From assembly GCA_002633005.1 (NCBI GenBank), contig NMRA01000005.1, positions 955,001 to 1,019,000 of the forward strand: 64,000 bases of DNA, read 5' to 3'. Numbering within the stretch: the stretch's first letter is position 1; each line of letters starts with the position of its first letter. The stretch comes from Phoronis australis (taxonomy: Eukaryota > Animalia > Phoronida). Shown here piece after piece: positions 53,401 through 62,062 of this stretch. The notes beneath the pieces were generated by a model. That model saw only the letters and a list, made by a program, of their open reading frames with translations, had not been told where the DNA came from and did not search any database. The translations under genes and the position numbers were made by a program.

Positions 53401-56083
53401 TAGCGCGCGTCATGCAGCGTTATTCCCGGCACCATGACACCATACTTACTAGCCACCCATTAGTGATTTACGTCGGATCATTTTTGCCATAAAATCGTTC
53501 TTAAAAACATTTGGCTATTTTCAAAGTACTTGGTATTCACATCGTCATTATATGTTATTTCTAACTAATTTGGCCAAGCAATCACAGAGACAAGGAATTA
53601 GCCTGCAAGTTCCACTTTAAAACCGGAGTCACACGCTTAGTAATGCGAGTCACCGGGTTATGAACTGTAGTCCCTTGAATCCCAGGTGTGTGACACAAGG
53701 TTTTTGGGTCCGTATCTCGTCCTTGACTGTTGGTGGAGTGTATCCAAGGTTTGCGACTGCTGTTCATTTGTCTAGCCTTGATGGTAATACGCAATAATCA
53801 ATGTCTTATAACAAAAATCCGTAAAAGTCCGACCCCATCTAATCCCTTCTTCTTTGTGTGCCATCTCCTTATATGTGAAGACCTGCCTAATTACATGGAA
53901 GGTATGTTCTTTTCTTAAATCAGTGTAGCTATGGACATTATGCTTCAGAACTCATTTTTGTTTTGGGAATATAGCGTTGTCGTTGTTGTGGTCATTTAGT
54001 TTTTCAGATCTTTTTTGTTTTCTTGTTTATTGGTGGTGGCATAGGTTAAAGTTATATCTCTGTGTATTTAATTTAAAACTAAAAAAAATGTAAAAGCAGT
54101 CTATTGCCTAGTTTACAAAGGCGTGTGCATAAGGGTCTCTGTTCCTGTTTTGTGATCTTCCATTTGCAATACAAAGATTTTTAAAAACTGTCCTGCACCA
54201 AAGTAGTACTGAAGCCGTGTCCATGGGTTTATAGAACTGATGAAGTTTACTGAGTGGTGAACTAAGGGTTGGACACAACATGCTGCCACACTCGTGAACA
54301 TAAGTTCCTTAATTTTATTGCTCCAACGGGCCCAGTACACTCCATTGCCTGTGAGCCGTGTGTATGAGTGAGGAACCATGTTTGTGAGTGCAGCAGTCAA
54401 GTTGTTTCCATCCCTAGTTAACATGAAGTGTGTGTAACATTTTAGAGTTGTCTATTGGTCATTTTCATTTTTCTATTTACTGCATGGTTTTTGTACATTG
54501 TCAGATTTTAAACTGAATTTGTTTAATCATCCAGTAAAACCTAGTAATTATCTTTGATTTCTGCTGTGTGTGCAATATTCTCGACTTGTAGTACTTGTAG
54601 CAATGTTTCAGGAGTTAACATGGGGTATACTTGCATTACGGTCCCAGTGTTATCCTGTTTCTTCTTGTGACTGACATGTGCCTATCCTGTCATCACTTAA
54701 CAGTGTATCACTAATAGTTTGTAAATTCCAAGTCATTCACCAACAGAGGGAGTGATGAAATTTTGAACCATTCAAGAGAGAATGTTAAGTTGTTGTCCTG
54801 TGTTGACTGATTTACACAATTCAAGGCTGCTTTCCTTTCAAACAAATTAGATAAATGTCAGATAAGAAATTTAGCATTAACTTAGTTTATTCAAGAGCAG
54901 GCCTTTGTGAAAGCTGTATTTATTTTTAAACTTAATGTGACAAGATGTCGAGGCAAAAATCATAACCAATCATAACCGCTTGGAAATCAATGATTTAATG
55001 GTGCATTCAGACTGTTTTTATCACTATCACTATCACTATCACTGGAGGTTTTTTGTTTTGTACAGCATTAAGTCCAGTAACATAAAGTTTTCTTAGTGAC
55101 ATTTTGGGCTGATTCGTAATGATCCTTAAAATGTTTTTAGAAATTACAATGAATAGTATTCTTTTTTAAATTTCTTGTAACTTTGCTTGCACTTCTTGCA
55201 CAACTTGTAACAAACACTTTTTGTCCGAGTGGAATTTGTGGTCAACACGTTGCGGTATTAATGCTTGTGATTCCCGCTGCAGGAGGCGGCCGACGTCGCA
55301 CCTCGTTCAACCGAGGCAGTGAATTCTCGCTGAAGGTCTCGGAGACGGACATCAGTGACCTAACAGCCACTATCAAGGCCCCATCTGGCAAGGAGGAACC
55401 GTGCATACTCAAGAAACTAGCCAACGGTCACTTGGGTAAGTGGACTGACATGACATGAGGTGACTACTGCTATCCTTCTTTTATGCGGTTACCTCTGTCT
55501 AGGCTAGAGATAAGTCAGTGGTAGTAATATTTTCAAATCGGTCTATTGTTGGAGCTGGCTACGTCAACTGAGCCATTATGTTTTGGACACTACAAGAGAT
55601 TGACTGTGAAACGAAGTGACATTTAAGAATTTTCGCAAACATTTTGGAATCTGGTCAGCACACCACCTGTTGGTCACATCATGTGACGCAGCCATGTTGA
55701 CCAGTCTTACAAATTTTTGCTATATGTATTTCCACGCCAGTTTAAGATTTGCATTTCATATTTGCAGATTTTATGAAAATTTTGAAAAGTGAAGAGAAAT
55801 GCATGATTACTTAGGTGATTATTTTGTATTTCTTGTATGTATGCATTGCACGTGTCTTATTTGTGCATATCACCTGCAGGAATATCGTTCACTCCACACG
55901 AGACCGGGGAACACCTGGTGAATGTGTATAGGAGCGGACAGCACATCGCCAACAGTCCGTTCAAGATTCACGTGTCGCGCAACGAGATTGGCAATGCATC
56001 CAAGGTCAAGGTCTACGGAAAAGGCCTAGAGGAAGGCACGGCGAACCAACGCAATGAGTTCACTGTAGACACCAAGGAGGCAG
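140..56083 (+). CDS. FLNA: Filamin gene (partial, multi-exon; CH2 end through first half of Ig19-equivalent repeat); open at both ends
   Basis: Exons translate to filamin motifs ([39 protein letters not shown]) in the order of human FLNA domains; GT-AG sites with consistent phases. Confidence 0.98.
373..540. repeat. Minisatellite, ~42-bp unit x4
   Basis: gtggatgagactttttctgcttggcctttctcagtccaaga repeated; produces the spurious ORFs 44..574 and 373..555. Confidence 0.9.
2733..3225. mobile_element. MITE, CAGGGCTTGGAAT TIR family (hAT-like), long subtype
   Basis: 13-bp TIR cagggcttggaat/attccaagccctg; aaatgt on both flanks; shares ends with three other copies in the window. Confidence 0.85.
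3799..3946 (+). CDS. FLNA: Filamin exon, CH2 end and start of Ig1 (LIKPEEM...RVRAYGP)
   Basis: ttgcag|CTT...CCAG|gtatgt; phase 0 to 1. Confidence 0.96.
5004..5058. repeat. 18-bp unit x3 (tattcaggttaagtgttg)
   Basis: Visible direct repeat ~90 nt upstream of exon 3a. Confidence 0.8.
5146..5264 (+). CDS. FLNA: Filamin Ig1 mutually exclusive exon 3a ([40 protein letters not shown])
   Basis: ccctcttag|GT...CCG|gttagt; 119 nt; phase 1 to 0. Confidence 0.9.
6344..6462 (+). CDS. FLNA: Filamin Ig1 mutually exclusive exon 3b ([40 protein letters not shown])
   Basis: gctaat branch-like site, gacag|GC...CCT|gtaagt; 119 nt; phase 1 to 0; not in the ORF track. Confidence 0.92.
7857..8014. repeat. Perfect 39-bp tandem repeat x4
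   Basis: aacaacatacagtataagggtgtttgcggtcatgtagac x4. Confidence 0.95.
8312..8430 (+). CDS. FLNA: Filamin Ig1 mutually exclusive exon 3c ([40 protein letters not shown])
   Basis: tttcactcag|GT...AGC|gtgagt; 119 nt; phase 1 to 0. Confidence 0.92.
8922..9300. mobile_element. Dispersed ~380-bp repeat, copy 1 (probable non-autonomous DNA transposon ending ...tccactttaa)
   Basis: Colinear similarity with 53238-53620 (ctatgctaatgtatagca; gtgacc.ttgcac; agtgatttac; ttccactttaa). Bounds approximate. Confidence 0.7.
9518..9595 (+). CDS. FLNA: Filamin Ig1 alternative exon 4a ([26 protein letters not shown])
   Basis: tttatag|TGC...AGG|gtaaga; 78 nt; phase 0-0; matches the filamin Ig1 NND.N.T.S motif. 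Confidence 0.93.
10296..10361 (+). CDS. FLNA: Filamin Ig1 alternative exon 4b ([22 protein letters not shown])
   Basis: cattgcag|AAC...ACG|gtaggt; 66 nt; phase 0-0; homologous to 4a (Y.C.Y.PTM.G.Y). Confidence 0.8.
11359..11500. repeat. Degenerate (CAA)n/(CCA)n microsatellite
   Basis: caacaacaac and accaccacc runs. Confidence 0.8.
11515..11846. mobile_element. MITE (CAGGGCTTGGAAT family, ~250-bp subtype, ends at 11764) followed by two 41-bp tandem copies of its 3' end plus flank
   Basis: gggcttggaattttcc...cattccaagccctg; internal similarity to the copies at 17369 and 28122. Confidence 0.85.
12605..12767 (+). CDS. FLNA: Filamin exon, Ig1 end and Ig2 start ([17 protein letters not shown]...YFEVFAK)
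   Basis: ctctag|GTG...AAAG|gttagt; phase 0 to 1. Confidence 0.95.
13283..13483 (+). CDS. FLNA: Filamin exon, Ig2 (DAGNGVLEV...SPYGVNVSP)
   Basis: gcacag|AT...CCTC|gtaagt; phase 1-1. Confidence 0.95.
13877..14151 (+). CDS. FLNA: Filamin exon, Ig3 ([12 protein letters not shown]...AKSPFK)
   Basis: ttccag|CT...AAG|gtattg; phase 1 to 0. Confidence 0.95.
15315..15435 (+). CDS. FLNA: Filamin exon, Ig3 end and Ig4 start ([21 protein letters not shown]...TGAL)
   Basis: acacag|GTT...CTCG|gtgagt; phase 0 to 1. Confidence 0.95.
16294..16487 (+). CDS. FLNA: Filamin exon, Ig4 ([14 protein letters not shown]...YNPSM)
   Basis: ctacag|GC...ATG|gtgaga; phase 1 to 0. Confidence 0.95.
17095..17352 (+). CDS. 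FLNA: Filamin exon, Ig5 ([12 protein letters not shown]...NSPFR)
   Basis: tgccag|GTC...AGA|gtgagt; phase 0-0. Confidence 0.95.
17369..17616. mobile_element. MITE (CAGGGCTTGGAAT family, ~250-bp subtype), 16 nt after an exon donor
   Basis: cagggtgtggaatt...attcgaagccctg; flanks tgtgtt/tgtgta. Confidence 0.85.
18175..18295 (+). CDS. FLNA: Filamin exon, Ig6 start ([18 protein letters not shown]...KKAGP)
   Basis: cgctag|GTG...CCCG|gtaagt; phase 0 to 1. Confidence 0.95.
18614..18838 (+). CDS. FLNA: Filamin exon, Ig6/7-like (GDVAIAMTD...VIVDGLEE)
   Basis: ccatag|GT...GAGA|gtaagg; phase 1-1. Confidence 0.93.
18881..19046. repeat. 16/20-bp minisatellite (tttgaacacgtacatg[tgcg]), ~9.5 copies
   Basis: Visible perfect units. 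Confidence 0.95.
19734..20360 (+). CDS. FLNA: Filamin exon: Ig8-like repeat, Pro/Glu linker, Ig9-like repeat and start of Ig11-like repeat
   Basis: ctctag|AC ATT TTT GTT GGT...CGGG|gtaatg; 627 nt; phase 1-1. Confidence 0.95.
21464..21539. repeat. Short hairpin with 21-bp arms and a third internal partial copy
   Basis: gagtatgcgggtgcatactcc / ggagtatgcacctgcatgctc. Confidence 0.7.
22335..22511 (+). CDS. FLNA: Filamin exon, Ig11-like ([10 protein letters not shown]...YTPYEQ)
   Basis: ttacag|GA...CAGG|gtaact; phase 1-1. Confidence 0.95.
23183..23282. mobile_element. ~100-bp hairpin/MITE-like element, copy 1
   Basis: TIR tagtcacttaca/tgtaagtgacta with inner agaaccagttt/aaactggttct; related copy at 31904-31989. 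Confidence 0.7.
23371..23541 (+). CDS. FLNA: Filamin exon, Ig11 end and Ig12 start ([11 protein letters not shown]...STRGA)
   Basis: tgttag|GA...GCAG|gtaagg; phase 1-1. Confidence 0.95.
23541..23880. repeat. Degenerate ~24-bp tandem repeat (consensus ~AAATCTAGGCAAGGAACCTT), about 13 units
   Basis: Recurrent aaggaacctt and aaatctagg words fill most of the intron. Confidence 0.75.
23967..24119 (+). CDS. FLNA: Filamin exon, Ig12 ([19 protein letters not shown]...DQPIP)
   Basis: gtctag|GC...CCAG|gtgagc; phase 1-1. Confidence 0.95.
24244..24392. repeat. 33-37-bp minisatellite x4
   Basis: ttagtatacagagacactaactgttatcaattc(attc). Confidence 0.9.
24721..24891 (+). CDS. FLNA: Filamin exon, Ig12 end and Ig13 start ([11 protein letters not shown]...TFTDEL)
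   Basis: acccag|GC...CTAG|gtgagt; phase 1-1. Confidence 0.95.
25317..25440 (+). CDS. FLNA: Filamin exon, Ig13 ([10 protein letters not shown]...GENIPN)
   Basis: atccag|GT...AACAG|gtgctg; phase 1 to 2. Confidence 0.92.
25716..26439 (+). CDS. FLNA: Alternative filamin exon: SPFRVLVV plus ~230-aa Thr/Glu/Gln/Val-rich low-complexity segment (cassette to 26435, or terminal at TAA 26437-26439)
   Basis: cttctctttctag|T CCA TTC CGT GTC is in frame with ORF 25792..26439; donor AT|gtaagg gives 720 nt, phase 2-2. Confidence 0.8.
27882..28035 (+). CDS. FLNA: Filamin exon, Ig13 end and Ig14 start ([16 protein letters not shown]...[10 protein letters not shown]...VSIV)
   Basis: ttacag|C CCC...GTG|gtatgt; phase 2 to 0. 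Confidence 0.94.
28122..28374. mobile_element. MITE (CAGGGCTTGGAAT family, ~250-bp subtype)
   Basis: cagggcttggaat...attccaagccctg; no clear TSD. Confidence 0.85.
29277..29466 (+). CDS. FLNA: Filamin exon, Ig14 ([17 protein letters not shown]...[10 protein letters not shown])
   Basis: tttcag|GCA...ACAG|gtacgt; phase 0 to 1. Confidence 0.95.
30056..30215 (+). CDS. FLNA: Filamin exon, Ig15 ([15 protein letters not shown]...DGTFTI)
   Basis: ttgtag|AG...ATTAA|gtaggt; phase 1 to 2. Confidence 0.94.
31002..31086 (+). CDS. FLNA: Filamin exon, Ig15 end ([29 protein letters not shown])
   Basis: ctgttag|G TAC...CAG|gtagga; phase 2 to 0. Confidence 0.93.
31487..31712. mobile_element. Fold-back MITE-like element with ~95-bp imperfect arms
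   Basis: gcaaacattt...aagtctgagaagatttctgcc / ggcagaaatcttttcagactt...aaatgtttgc; shorter relative at ~55635-55720. Confidence 0.8.
31904..31989. mobile_element. ~90-bp hairpin/MITE-like element, copy 2
   Basis: Similar to 23183-23282. Confidence 0.65.
33215..33625. repeat. Degenerate ~39-bp minisatellite (gatggtatactggtgagaattgttcctgcaatgtaatga)
   Basis: Recurrent ggtatactggtgag; produces spurious ORF 33195..33536. Confidence 0.85.
37618..37919 (+). promoter_or_regulatory. Candidate internal TATA/Inr promoter with non-coding first exon, or recursive splice site at 37919/37920
   Basis: TATATAAG 37618-37625; TCAATT 37648-37653 (~30 nt later); no ATG in 37650-37919; ttttctcgcag|gtaaga. Confidence 0.4.
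40112..40263. repeat. 17-bp minisatellite (tttcacaccaaggtcc-type unit)
   Basis: Visible tandem units. Confidence 0.9.
43705..43740 (+). CDS. FLNA: Filamin hinge-1 mini-exon ([12 protein letters not shown])
   Basis: Strong acceptor tttgttttctatttcag|GCG...TTG|gtatat; 36 nt; phase 0-0; continues GTCVQQ. Confidence 0.7.
44830..44953 (+). CDS. FLNA: Filamin exon, hinge 1 and Ig16 start ([11 protein letters not shown]...[15 protein letters not shown])
   Basis: tttcag|GCT...GATG|gtaaga; phase 0 to 1; bridges the phases to the MPSG exon. Confidence 0.82.
45610..45750 (+). CDS. FLNA: Filamin exon, Ig16 ([37 protein letters not shown]...)
   Basis: ttgcag|CT...GAAG|gtgagc; phase 1-1. Confidence 0.96.
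46781..47206. mobile_element. MITE with ~70-bp TIRs and an internal palindrome
   Basis: cctgtgcccggttgcatgaaacagtcccaaatagggactc / gagtccctatttgggactgtttcatgcaaccgggcacagg (40 bp perfect, extends imperfectly). Confidence 0.9.
48124..48252 (+). CDS. FLNA: Filamin exon, Ig16 end and Ig17 start ([23 protein letters not shown]...KDAGA)
   Basis: ctacag|GA...GCAG|gtgagc; phase 1-1. Confidence 0.96.
48765..49646 (-). mobile_element. BEL/Pao LTR-retrotransposon derivative with inverted LTRs, tRNA-His PBS and gag fragment
   Basis: 192-bp inverted repeats (48765-48956 / 49455-49646, one mismatch seen); TG...CA ends; AATGT on both flanks; minus-strand TGGTGCCGTGAC at 49456-49445. Confidence 0.9.
48957..49434 (-). 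pseudogene. gag: Truncated BEL/Pao gag (DUF1759-like: [35 protein letters not shown])
   Basis: ATG at 49434 just after the PBS; frame break at the N at 49238; ORFs 49105..49461 and 48945..49262. Confidence 0.85.
50322..50455. repeat. Hairpin element with perfect 16-bp arms resembling a CTCF motif
   Basis: tcactaggtggcgcta / tagcgccacctagtga, with weaker inner complementarity. Confidence 0.75.
51594..51767 (+). CDS. FLNA: Filamin Ig17 mutually exclusive exon A ([25 protein letters not shown]...FLAKIT)
   Basis: catcag|GA...ACAG|gtaaac; 174 nt; phase 1-1. Confidence 0.95.
52182..52355 (+). CDS. FLNA: Filamin Ig17 mutually exclusive exon B ([25 protein letters not shown]...FFPKIV)
   Basis: cactag|GT...GTCG|gtgagt; 174 nt; phase 1-1; branch-like cttaac at ~52146-52151. 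Confidence 0.95.
53238..53620. mobile_element. Dispersed ~380-bp repeat, copy 2
   Basis: Colinear with 8922-9300. Confidence 0.7.
55283..55435 (+). CDS. FLNA: Filamin exon, Ig18 ([25 protein letters not shown]...LANGHL)
   Basis: ctgcag|GA...TTGG|gtaagt; phase 1-1; CAGGAG NAGNAG acceptor. Confidence 0.95.
55880..56083 (+). CDS. FLNA: Filamin exon, Ig18 end and Ig19 start ([12 protein letters not shown]...VDTKEA)
   Basis: ctgcag|GA...GCAG|gtgggt; phase 1-1; next exon not found before 64000. Confidence 0.95.
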
Positions 56084-56699
56084 GTGGGTAGGCGTGGTCT
56101 GTGTTGGGGGGGGGAGGGGGGGTGTAGAGTGCTGGGAGTTGGTGTGGTGTGTGTAGGTGTTGCGCAAATGTGGTGTGGTTTATAATGCAATGTCATTTAG
56201 TTTTACAAAAATATCTCAATATTCCATCTCAGAAAACCGTTGTTTTGGTTCATATTTAGCGATGGAACCCTGAGTTTCTTTTTTAATGCTCCTAGTTATT
56301 CCTAATTGGTCGTGATAATTCTACACACCAAGTGAACTTTCATTGATTGCTTCTGCGGCCATCCAACACCCATTACTTTACTTATTTGAATCTAAGCTCT
56401 GCGGTTTCAGTGATGCATAGAACTTGAAATTTGTTACGAGAATGATTGCTAAAATTAACATTTTATGTACTCAACTTACTGAGATTTCGTTTAGTTGTGC
56501 ATTTTGAATGGAGTGTGGATGGTAGTTTGCTGTGAGGTTTATTCACCTTAGAACATGTGTGCAGTGTTGAGGAACTTGTAAATAAATAATTCTACTCATT
56601 TTCAGCTTGTGATTAGGTTGTCTAGTTTGAGTTGTCCGTCCTGGTGTGTTGTTCACTGCCAGCTTGCATAAATCCCAGTTCTTGTTATTAGTGTTCATT

Positions 56700-56908
56700 G
56701 GCAATAGGTGTCACCCCCAGTGTGTGTGGTTTTAGTTCCTTGACAATAAGAGTCGCTCCCAGTGTGTGTGTGTGGGGGGGTTTAGTTTCATGACAATAGG
56801 TGTCGCTCCCAGTGTGTGTGTGGGGGGGTTTAGTTCCATGACAATAGGTGTCGCTCCCAGTGTGTGTGTGTGGGAGGGGGTTTAGTTCTATGACAATAGG
56901 TGTCGCTC
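56700..56908. repeat. ~50-bp minisatellite x4 with (GT)n and G-runs
   Basis: tgacaataggtgtcgctcccagtgtgtgtg...ggggtttagttc. Confidence 0.9.
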
Positions 56909-57142
56909 AGTGTCTTGTGCTGCTGAGCTCCCCTGATGGCATCTGTTGAACATAGTTCAGTAGCAGTGGTTGTATGACACTTACTTCCATGTGAATGTGA
57001 CTACTGTGAAGGCTTTCAACATTATTGCGAATTTCCACAATTTCTCAAAACGTTGTGTTTTAGCTTTGTTATGAAACTTAAAAGGGAAAGCTCTAGTTTG
57101 GTACTACTTGTCTCATATGAGTGAAATGTCAAATAAACAGAG

Positions 57143-57203
57143 AAATCAGGAACCCCAACTGGGAATCGAACCACAGGTCTCTAGATTGTCAGTCTAGTGC
57201 TCT
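57143..57203 (-). mobile_element. tRNA-derived SINE head fragment
   Basis: Minus strand AGAGCACTAGACTGACAATCTAGAGACCTGTGGTTCGATTCCCAG: anticodon-like stem plus B box; 5' half missing. Confidence 0.6.
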
Positions 57204-60200
57204 TATGAGAAAAAGGGAAAGTTAATTTTTTTTGTCCATGGTATTTTCACCAAAATTAGTGAGCTTTTGCTACAGCATGTTCTGATGTGCATCACCTCGC
57301 CATCAGGGATTTGAGAACACGGTCCACCCTAAGTGGCCATGCAAGAGCAACTCATTTGGAACAGTTAAGTGTATAGTTGGAAGTAATAGCACAGTGCTGC
57401 TGGGTTGTCCGGTGCTTATTCACATGTCGCTAGAATTTTCTTCAAGATTCAGTTTTGTCAAATTTTAGAAGTCTCGTTGCAAACTGTGGTCATACATTTA
57501 TGACCAGTTTCAAAAAAATTTTGCAGACATTTCGCGCAAATAACATGTCTTAAAAGTCTTAAAATTCTAAAATAAATGTAATTTGAATAGGACTGTTCTA
57601 GTATTTATTGTGGGGTAAATGACATAGGGTCATTAATTAGCTATCTATGTTACTCATCCATCGCTTAATATCAGTTATACATGTGTTGAGCTGGACTGAA
57701 TGACATCAAGGTGAAGCTATATCACAACACATGCAGCCAGTGTAGTTAAGTGGTACACAGGCACTGCGCAAACACCAACCAAGAGGGGTAATCCCACATG
57801 AAAATACGCACCAATGGTCGTGGAAGACTGTCGCTTAAATATGAACTACTTAAAACCCCGTTATGCAAAATCAGGGCTTTTGGGAAAAACTTGGGATATT
57901 GCGTCGAGTTACATGATATGTGGCAAGCAGTAGTGACCGCTAACAGCTTGGTAAGGTGACGATGAATTGGGCTTTACTAAATAGTGCTCTTTGCCAGAGA
58001 GAGACGGTTCTACCCGAAAACGGTAATTTTTTTAGAAAAATGTGTTACAATATCTAGGCCCTGTATCGTGGAAACTGTGAAAGATGTTTTGATAGTTGTT
58101 ACCGTCACAGAAATTATCCTTAGATACAATTTTTTTAAATTACCTGTCAAAGTTTATTTCATTAATTTTTTTCCTGGTTCATTAGATTTAGGACCTCAGT
58201 CCTTTTTATGTTACGTTTTTACAAATCACAAGTTCCGTTTATAAGAGTGTGAGTGATCAGTCCAAATTCTTGATGTGGCTTTTGGATTTTGAGTAACTAA
58301 GAATTTATGGAACGGAGTTTGGAATGAAAATTTCTTAAACTATAAACTGTATATTAAAATCCAATCTGTGTTATGTACAAGACATTTCCGTGGCATTTCC
58401 AGTGTTTCGTACGCTGTCTAAGTCAGATGAAAATGTAGCAAGTTTGGATAATGAGTGTGACGTTTATTAGGGATGGAAATGCAGGGAACCCGATATGTAG
58501 ACAAGGAAAGAACTTTGGGATGTTCTGTTATCTGTGTGCATTTGGTACCTAACCTGATGTCACTCTCTTTATGTATTACACAGTGAATTGTGTGGTTCAA
58601 TGTGGGCAGAATCTGCTCAGCTGTTGATTAAAGCCCCAAAAGAGTTAGCATTACTTGTCTATTTAGCAGACCCTTGTAAGGTATTGTCAAACTATTGCCT
58701 TTAGTAATTGTTACAAATAATTGTTTCATGAGCTAGTGGTCGTTGATATCTGTCAGTAGGTGAGGTCATGGTTTGATATCCAGTTTATTATTATTTGTGG
58801 TAGGTGTATTTAGATATTAGACAGCTTGTTTAGGATAATGAATATTGACATTAAAACTATTTAGATCAGCTGCTGCTATGATATTGGTCACTAGTTGTTC
58901 ATTAGTTAAATTACGGTAGAAGTGATTTCCCGGTTTGCACAAAAACGCGGCCCGGAGCGAACAGTGAATACAGGGTATTCGGTGCTGTCACCAGGATTAA
59001 AGTCGAGCATTGTGGGAATGAACGGCGGGGCTGAAGAGGAGACCGCCATATTCTGTGTCGCTGGTTAAAATTCTTTGCTAATAATTGGATTGTAGGTAAG
59101 TTATAACTTCAAGGGGAATTTAATATTCAAATAGCAGTGAGCACTAGATTGTAATATATAGCAGTCGGTGGTGCCTCAATAGTTTGAGACCACTTAAATC
59201 GCTATTTGTATGATATGCAATGCAAAAGTGATCTTGGAGTTCAAAAAGCTTGGTGAGAAGACAGATATCTGCATCACTGTGTCCACTAGACTAGTCCTGC
59301 TGTTCTTGTATTTATAGCTCTGCTTTCTGGTTTTGGTATGAGCTGTAGGAATGTGTCCAGTCACCCACTCATAAATCTTCACTCTCTCACCTGGCCAGGT
59401 GTGTTGGCTCTTGTCAGACTGGGACATTCCACGGAGATGTGTTAAGTAGTAGAGAAGATCATTAGCTCGGTTGGAGGTCATAAAATAGGTTGGATTCAAT
59501 GCTTCTTCAGTAAACGGTTGATATTTTCTGCTTAGTTTTTTGATTACCAACTATTAGCCTTTTGTGACTAATAATTAATTATCGTTTCCATGAGTGCATA
59601 AAACAATCGCTTATCTCAAGCCCCTCCCAATGTAAGTTTACAAAAATTATGTTTTTTGGTTGGTATTCGTGTTACATGTAAGCAAGTATTCTTCAAAGTT
59701 AAATGACGTTATTTGTTTGAAAATTTACTTGGAAAAATAAAAAAATACTATTTTCAAACAGTTTTCTGTTAGTTAATTTGTTTCATCTTAATACTTGCAA
59801 TTGAAAAAATACGTATAATTTTAGTTGTAAAAATAACATTTTTGCCTGCAAATGAGCTTCCCTGTCAATAAAAATGACTATTGACTATCCATCTCAGTGC
59901 AATGACTGTATGGCGAGGTGAAATGCAGCAATTCTTAAAGGACAACATCATTATTGATGGTCACTGGCAATATTGCAAATAAAATTTGGTCACGTTTTTG
60001 ATACCAATGTTTCACTATAAATGTATCTTTATTTTTCGCCAAATTTTAATGAAAGGACATGGTGACAGGATCCGTTTAAGATAGATTGCTAAAAAGTCAA
60101 AAAAGTCAAATTCTACGCGCTTTTTACTTTCAGAAAATATAGCCTTTTACCTCATTAAAATTTATGGTTTTATAGATGTTTGCCTAACTGAACAGACTTG

Positions 60201-61990
60201 TTAGTAAAGTCCTGGGGAACCTTAACGGTCAGGTCAAGCAAGCGCATGTTTCATTCAGGGTTGGTCCAACTTATCTAATCTGGTATGGTATTCACAAGTT
60301 CCTTAATTACTGGCATTCCCCTACTATCATAATAAATGGATCCTGGTTAAAAGTTGACAGTAAAATTGCTAACACACGCTCTGATCCTCTCCATTTTTAT
60401 ATAGGTGAGCCGTAGGATTGTGCTTGCGCTCAATAGGTGGCAGGAGGGGCATCGTGTCTGATGTTGATTTTATTCAAAGTTTTAATTGGAAACGTGGAGT
60501 TTTGAAGTAGTTGATGAATCTGAAGCTGTACTAGTGAACCAAATGTCTGATGTTGGAATTTGCTTGATATGTTGTGGAATATTCAGGGTTTCAAACAAAT
60601 AAAATTGTTTGAACTTAAACAATGGAAATTTCCACGTGAATTTGCTGTTGAAAAGGTGTTGTATTATTTGCACTGTACTTGAAATGTAAGGTATATATTG
60701 AGATAGGTTAATTGTAGTACCTGTACATTGTCTCGCCTTGAAATTTGAATACGGTATCATAAGTTTGCACAAATTTGCCTTTTTTCTCAAATTTCTTCAA
60801 ATAACTAGCAGTGCGGACAAAAATTTGTTTCAAAACCTCACTTTAAAATTATCCTTTTTAAATGAGCAGATTTTGATAATTTCCGAAGCGCACTACGACC
60901 TTTAGATGAGGAGTTCAATGTAATGTCACTTTCACACCGTTACGTTGGGAGAGTTTTGTTCAGTGTGAAAGCTTAGATCTTAGGCATAAACCGCTATTCA
61001 TACAACTCTTCACATAATACGTGGAAAACTACTGAGTTGAGACACTGAGATTCCTTGTGGTATGAAACTTGGAAGTCCACTTGGAAGAGTTTATTGGCAA
61101 ATGGGAAAGTGACTTATGTGCCTTAAATCTGTGGAAATACATTGGTCATTCAGTCCAATGCACTCAAGCCTAATGAAAACCATCCAGGGATCCCTTAGCT
61201 TCATGTGAATTAGCAAGCCTGTTGCATAACAGCTGCATCTATATTTAACCTGGTGAGCTGAATGGTCCCTCATCACTCAGGCTCACTGATGGATGACCAC
61301 GGCAGCACACCTTGATATCTGATGTTTAGCAGAACATCTAGTCAAAATTAGAAGTTGGGCAGTGAAATTAACCGGCATAAGAAGACGTTATACACAATTT
61401 TTGTTTATAAAGTTCTTTCTTTATTTGGAAGTACCTCCGTAATTCTATTGCATCGGGCAAATATGACAATCTTGTCTTGGTTCCGTGTCTGTGTACCATG
61501 TACCGTATTATGATCAAAGTTTGTTACCAAGCTTTTACATTGGTGCTGGCTTGGAATGCGAGATGTCTGCCTGATTTTCCTATTTCTGCCATCTCATATC
61601 TAAGGTATTACCAGGGGATACAGTTTCGCAATAAGTATGAAGAGGTTAAGTGTTTATGAAAGACTGGTTTGCAGGCAGAATTTTTGCTAGAATCAGAGTC
61701 GTAGCAATAGTAATAATGGTAAGATATATTTGGGATAAATTTCTATTCAATACGACAATATTGTTCTCACAGAGGGTACTGGAAAGGAAGGAAATCTTGA
61801 AAATCTGACTACTGTAATGGTATTATAAAAAAACAATTGCAGGCGGTCTGATACACGTTGTACCAGACGTGCGTAGGCTGCGCATGTGGGGCCCACTGCA
61901 CTGATCACCTGGAACCATGTTTATGCTTTATTACTTTATAGTTAAAACCGAGCTGAGGGGCTAGAAACCTGACTCAAGGGTCTCGCAGTG

Positions 61991-62062
61991 TGGCCCAGTG
62001 GGATTCAAACCCATGACCTGGAGACTAAAAAAGCGGCACCTATCACACTAGGTCACGCTGCC
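61991..62062 (-). mobile_element. Degenerate tRNA-derived SINE fragment
   Basis: Minus strand GGCAGCGTGACCTAGTG...GGGTTTGAATCCC, with A-box-like and B-box-like words. Confidence 0.5.

Noticed and set aside
57143-57203. tRNA gene (also 14690-14760 and 61991-62062)
   Set aside because: Cloverleaf incomplete or degenerate; better explained as SINE remnants.
58974-59063. GYSVLSPGLKSSIVG... as the next Ig19 exon
   Set aside because: No pyrimidine tract, weak donor, and lacks the expected GGLSLSIEGPSK motif.
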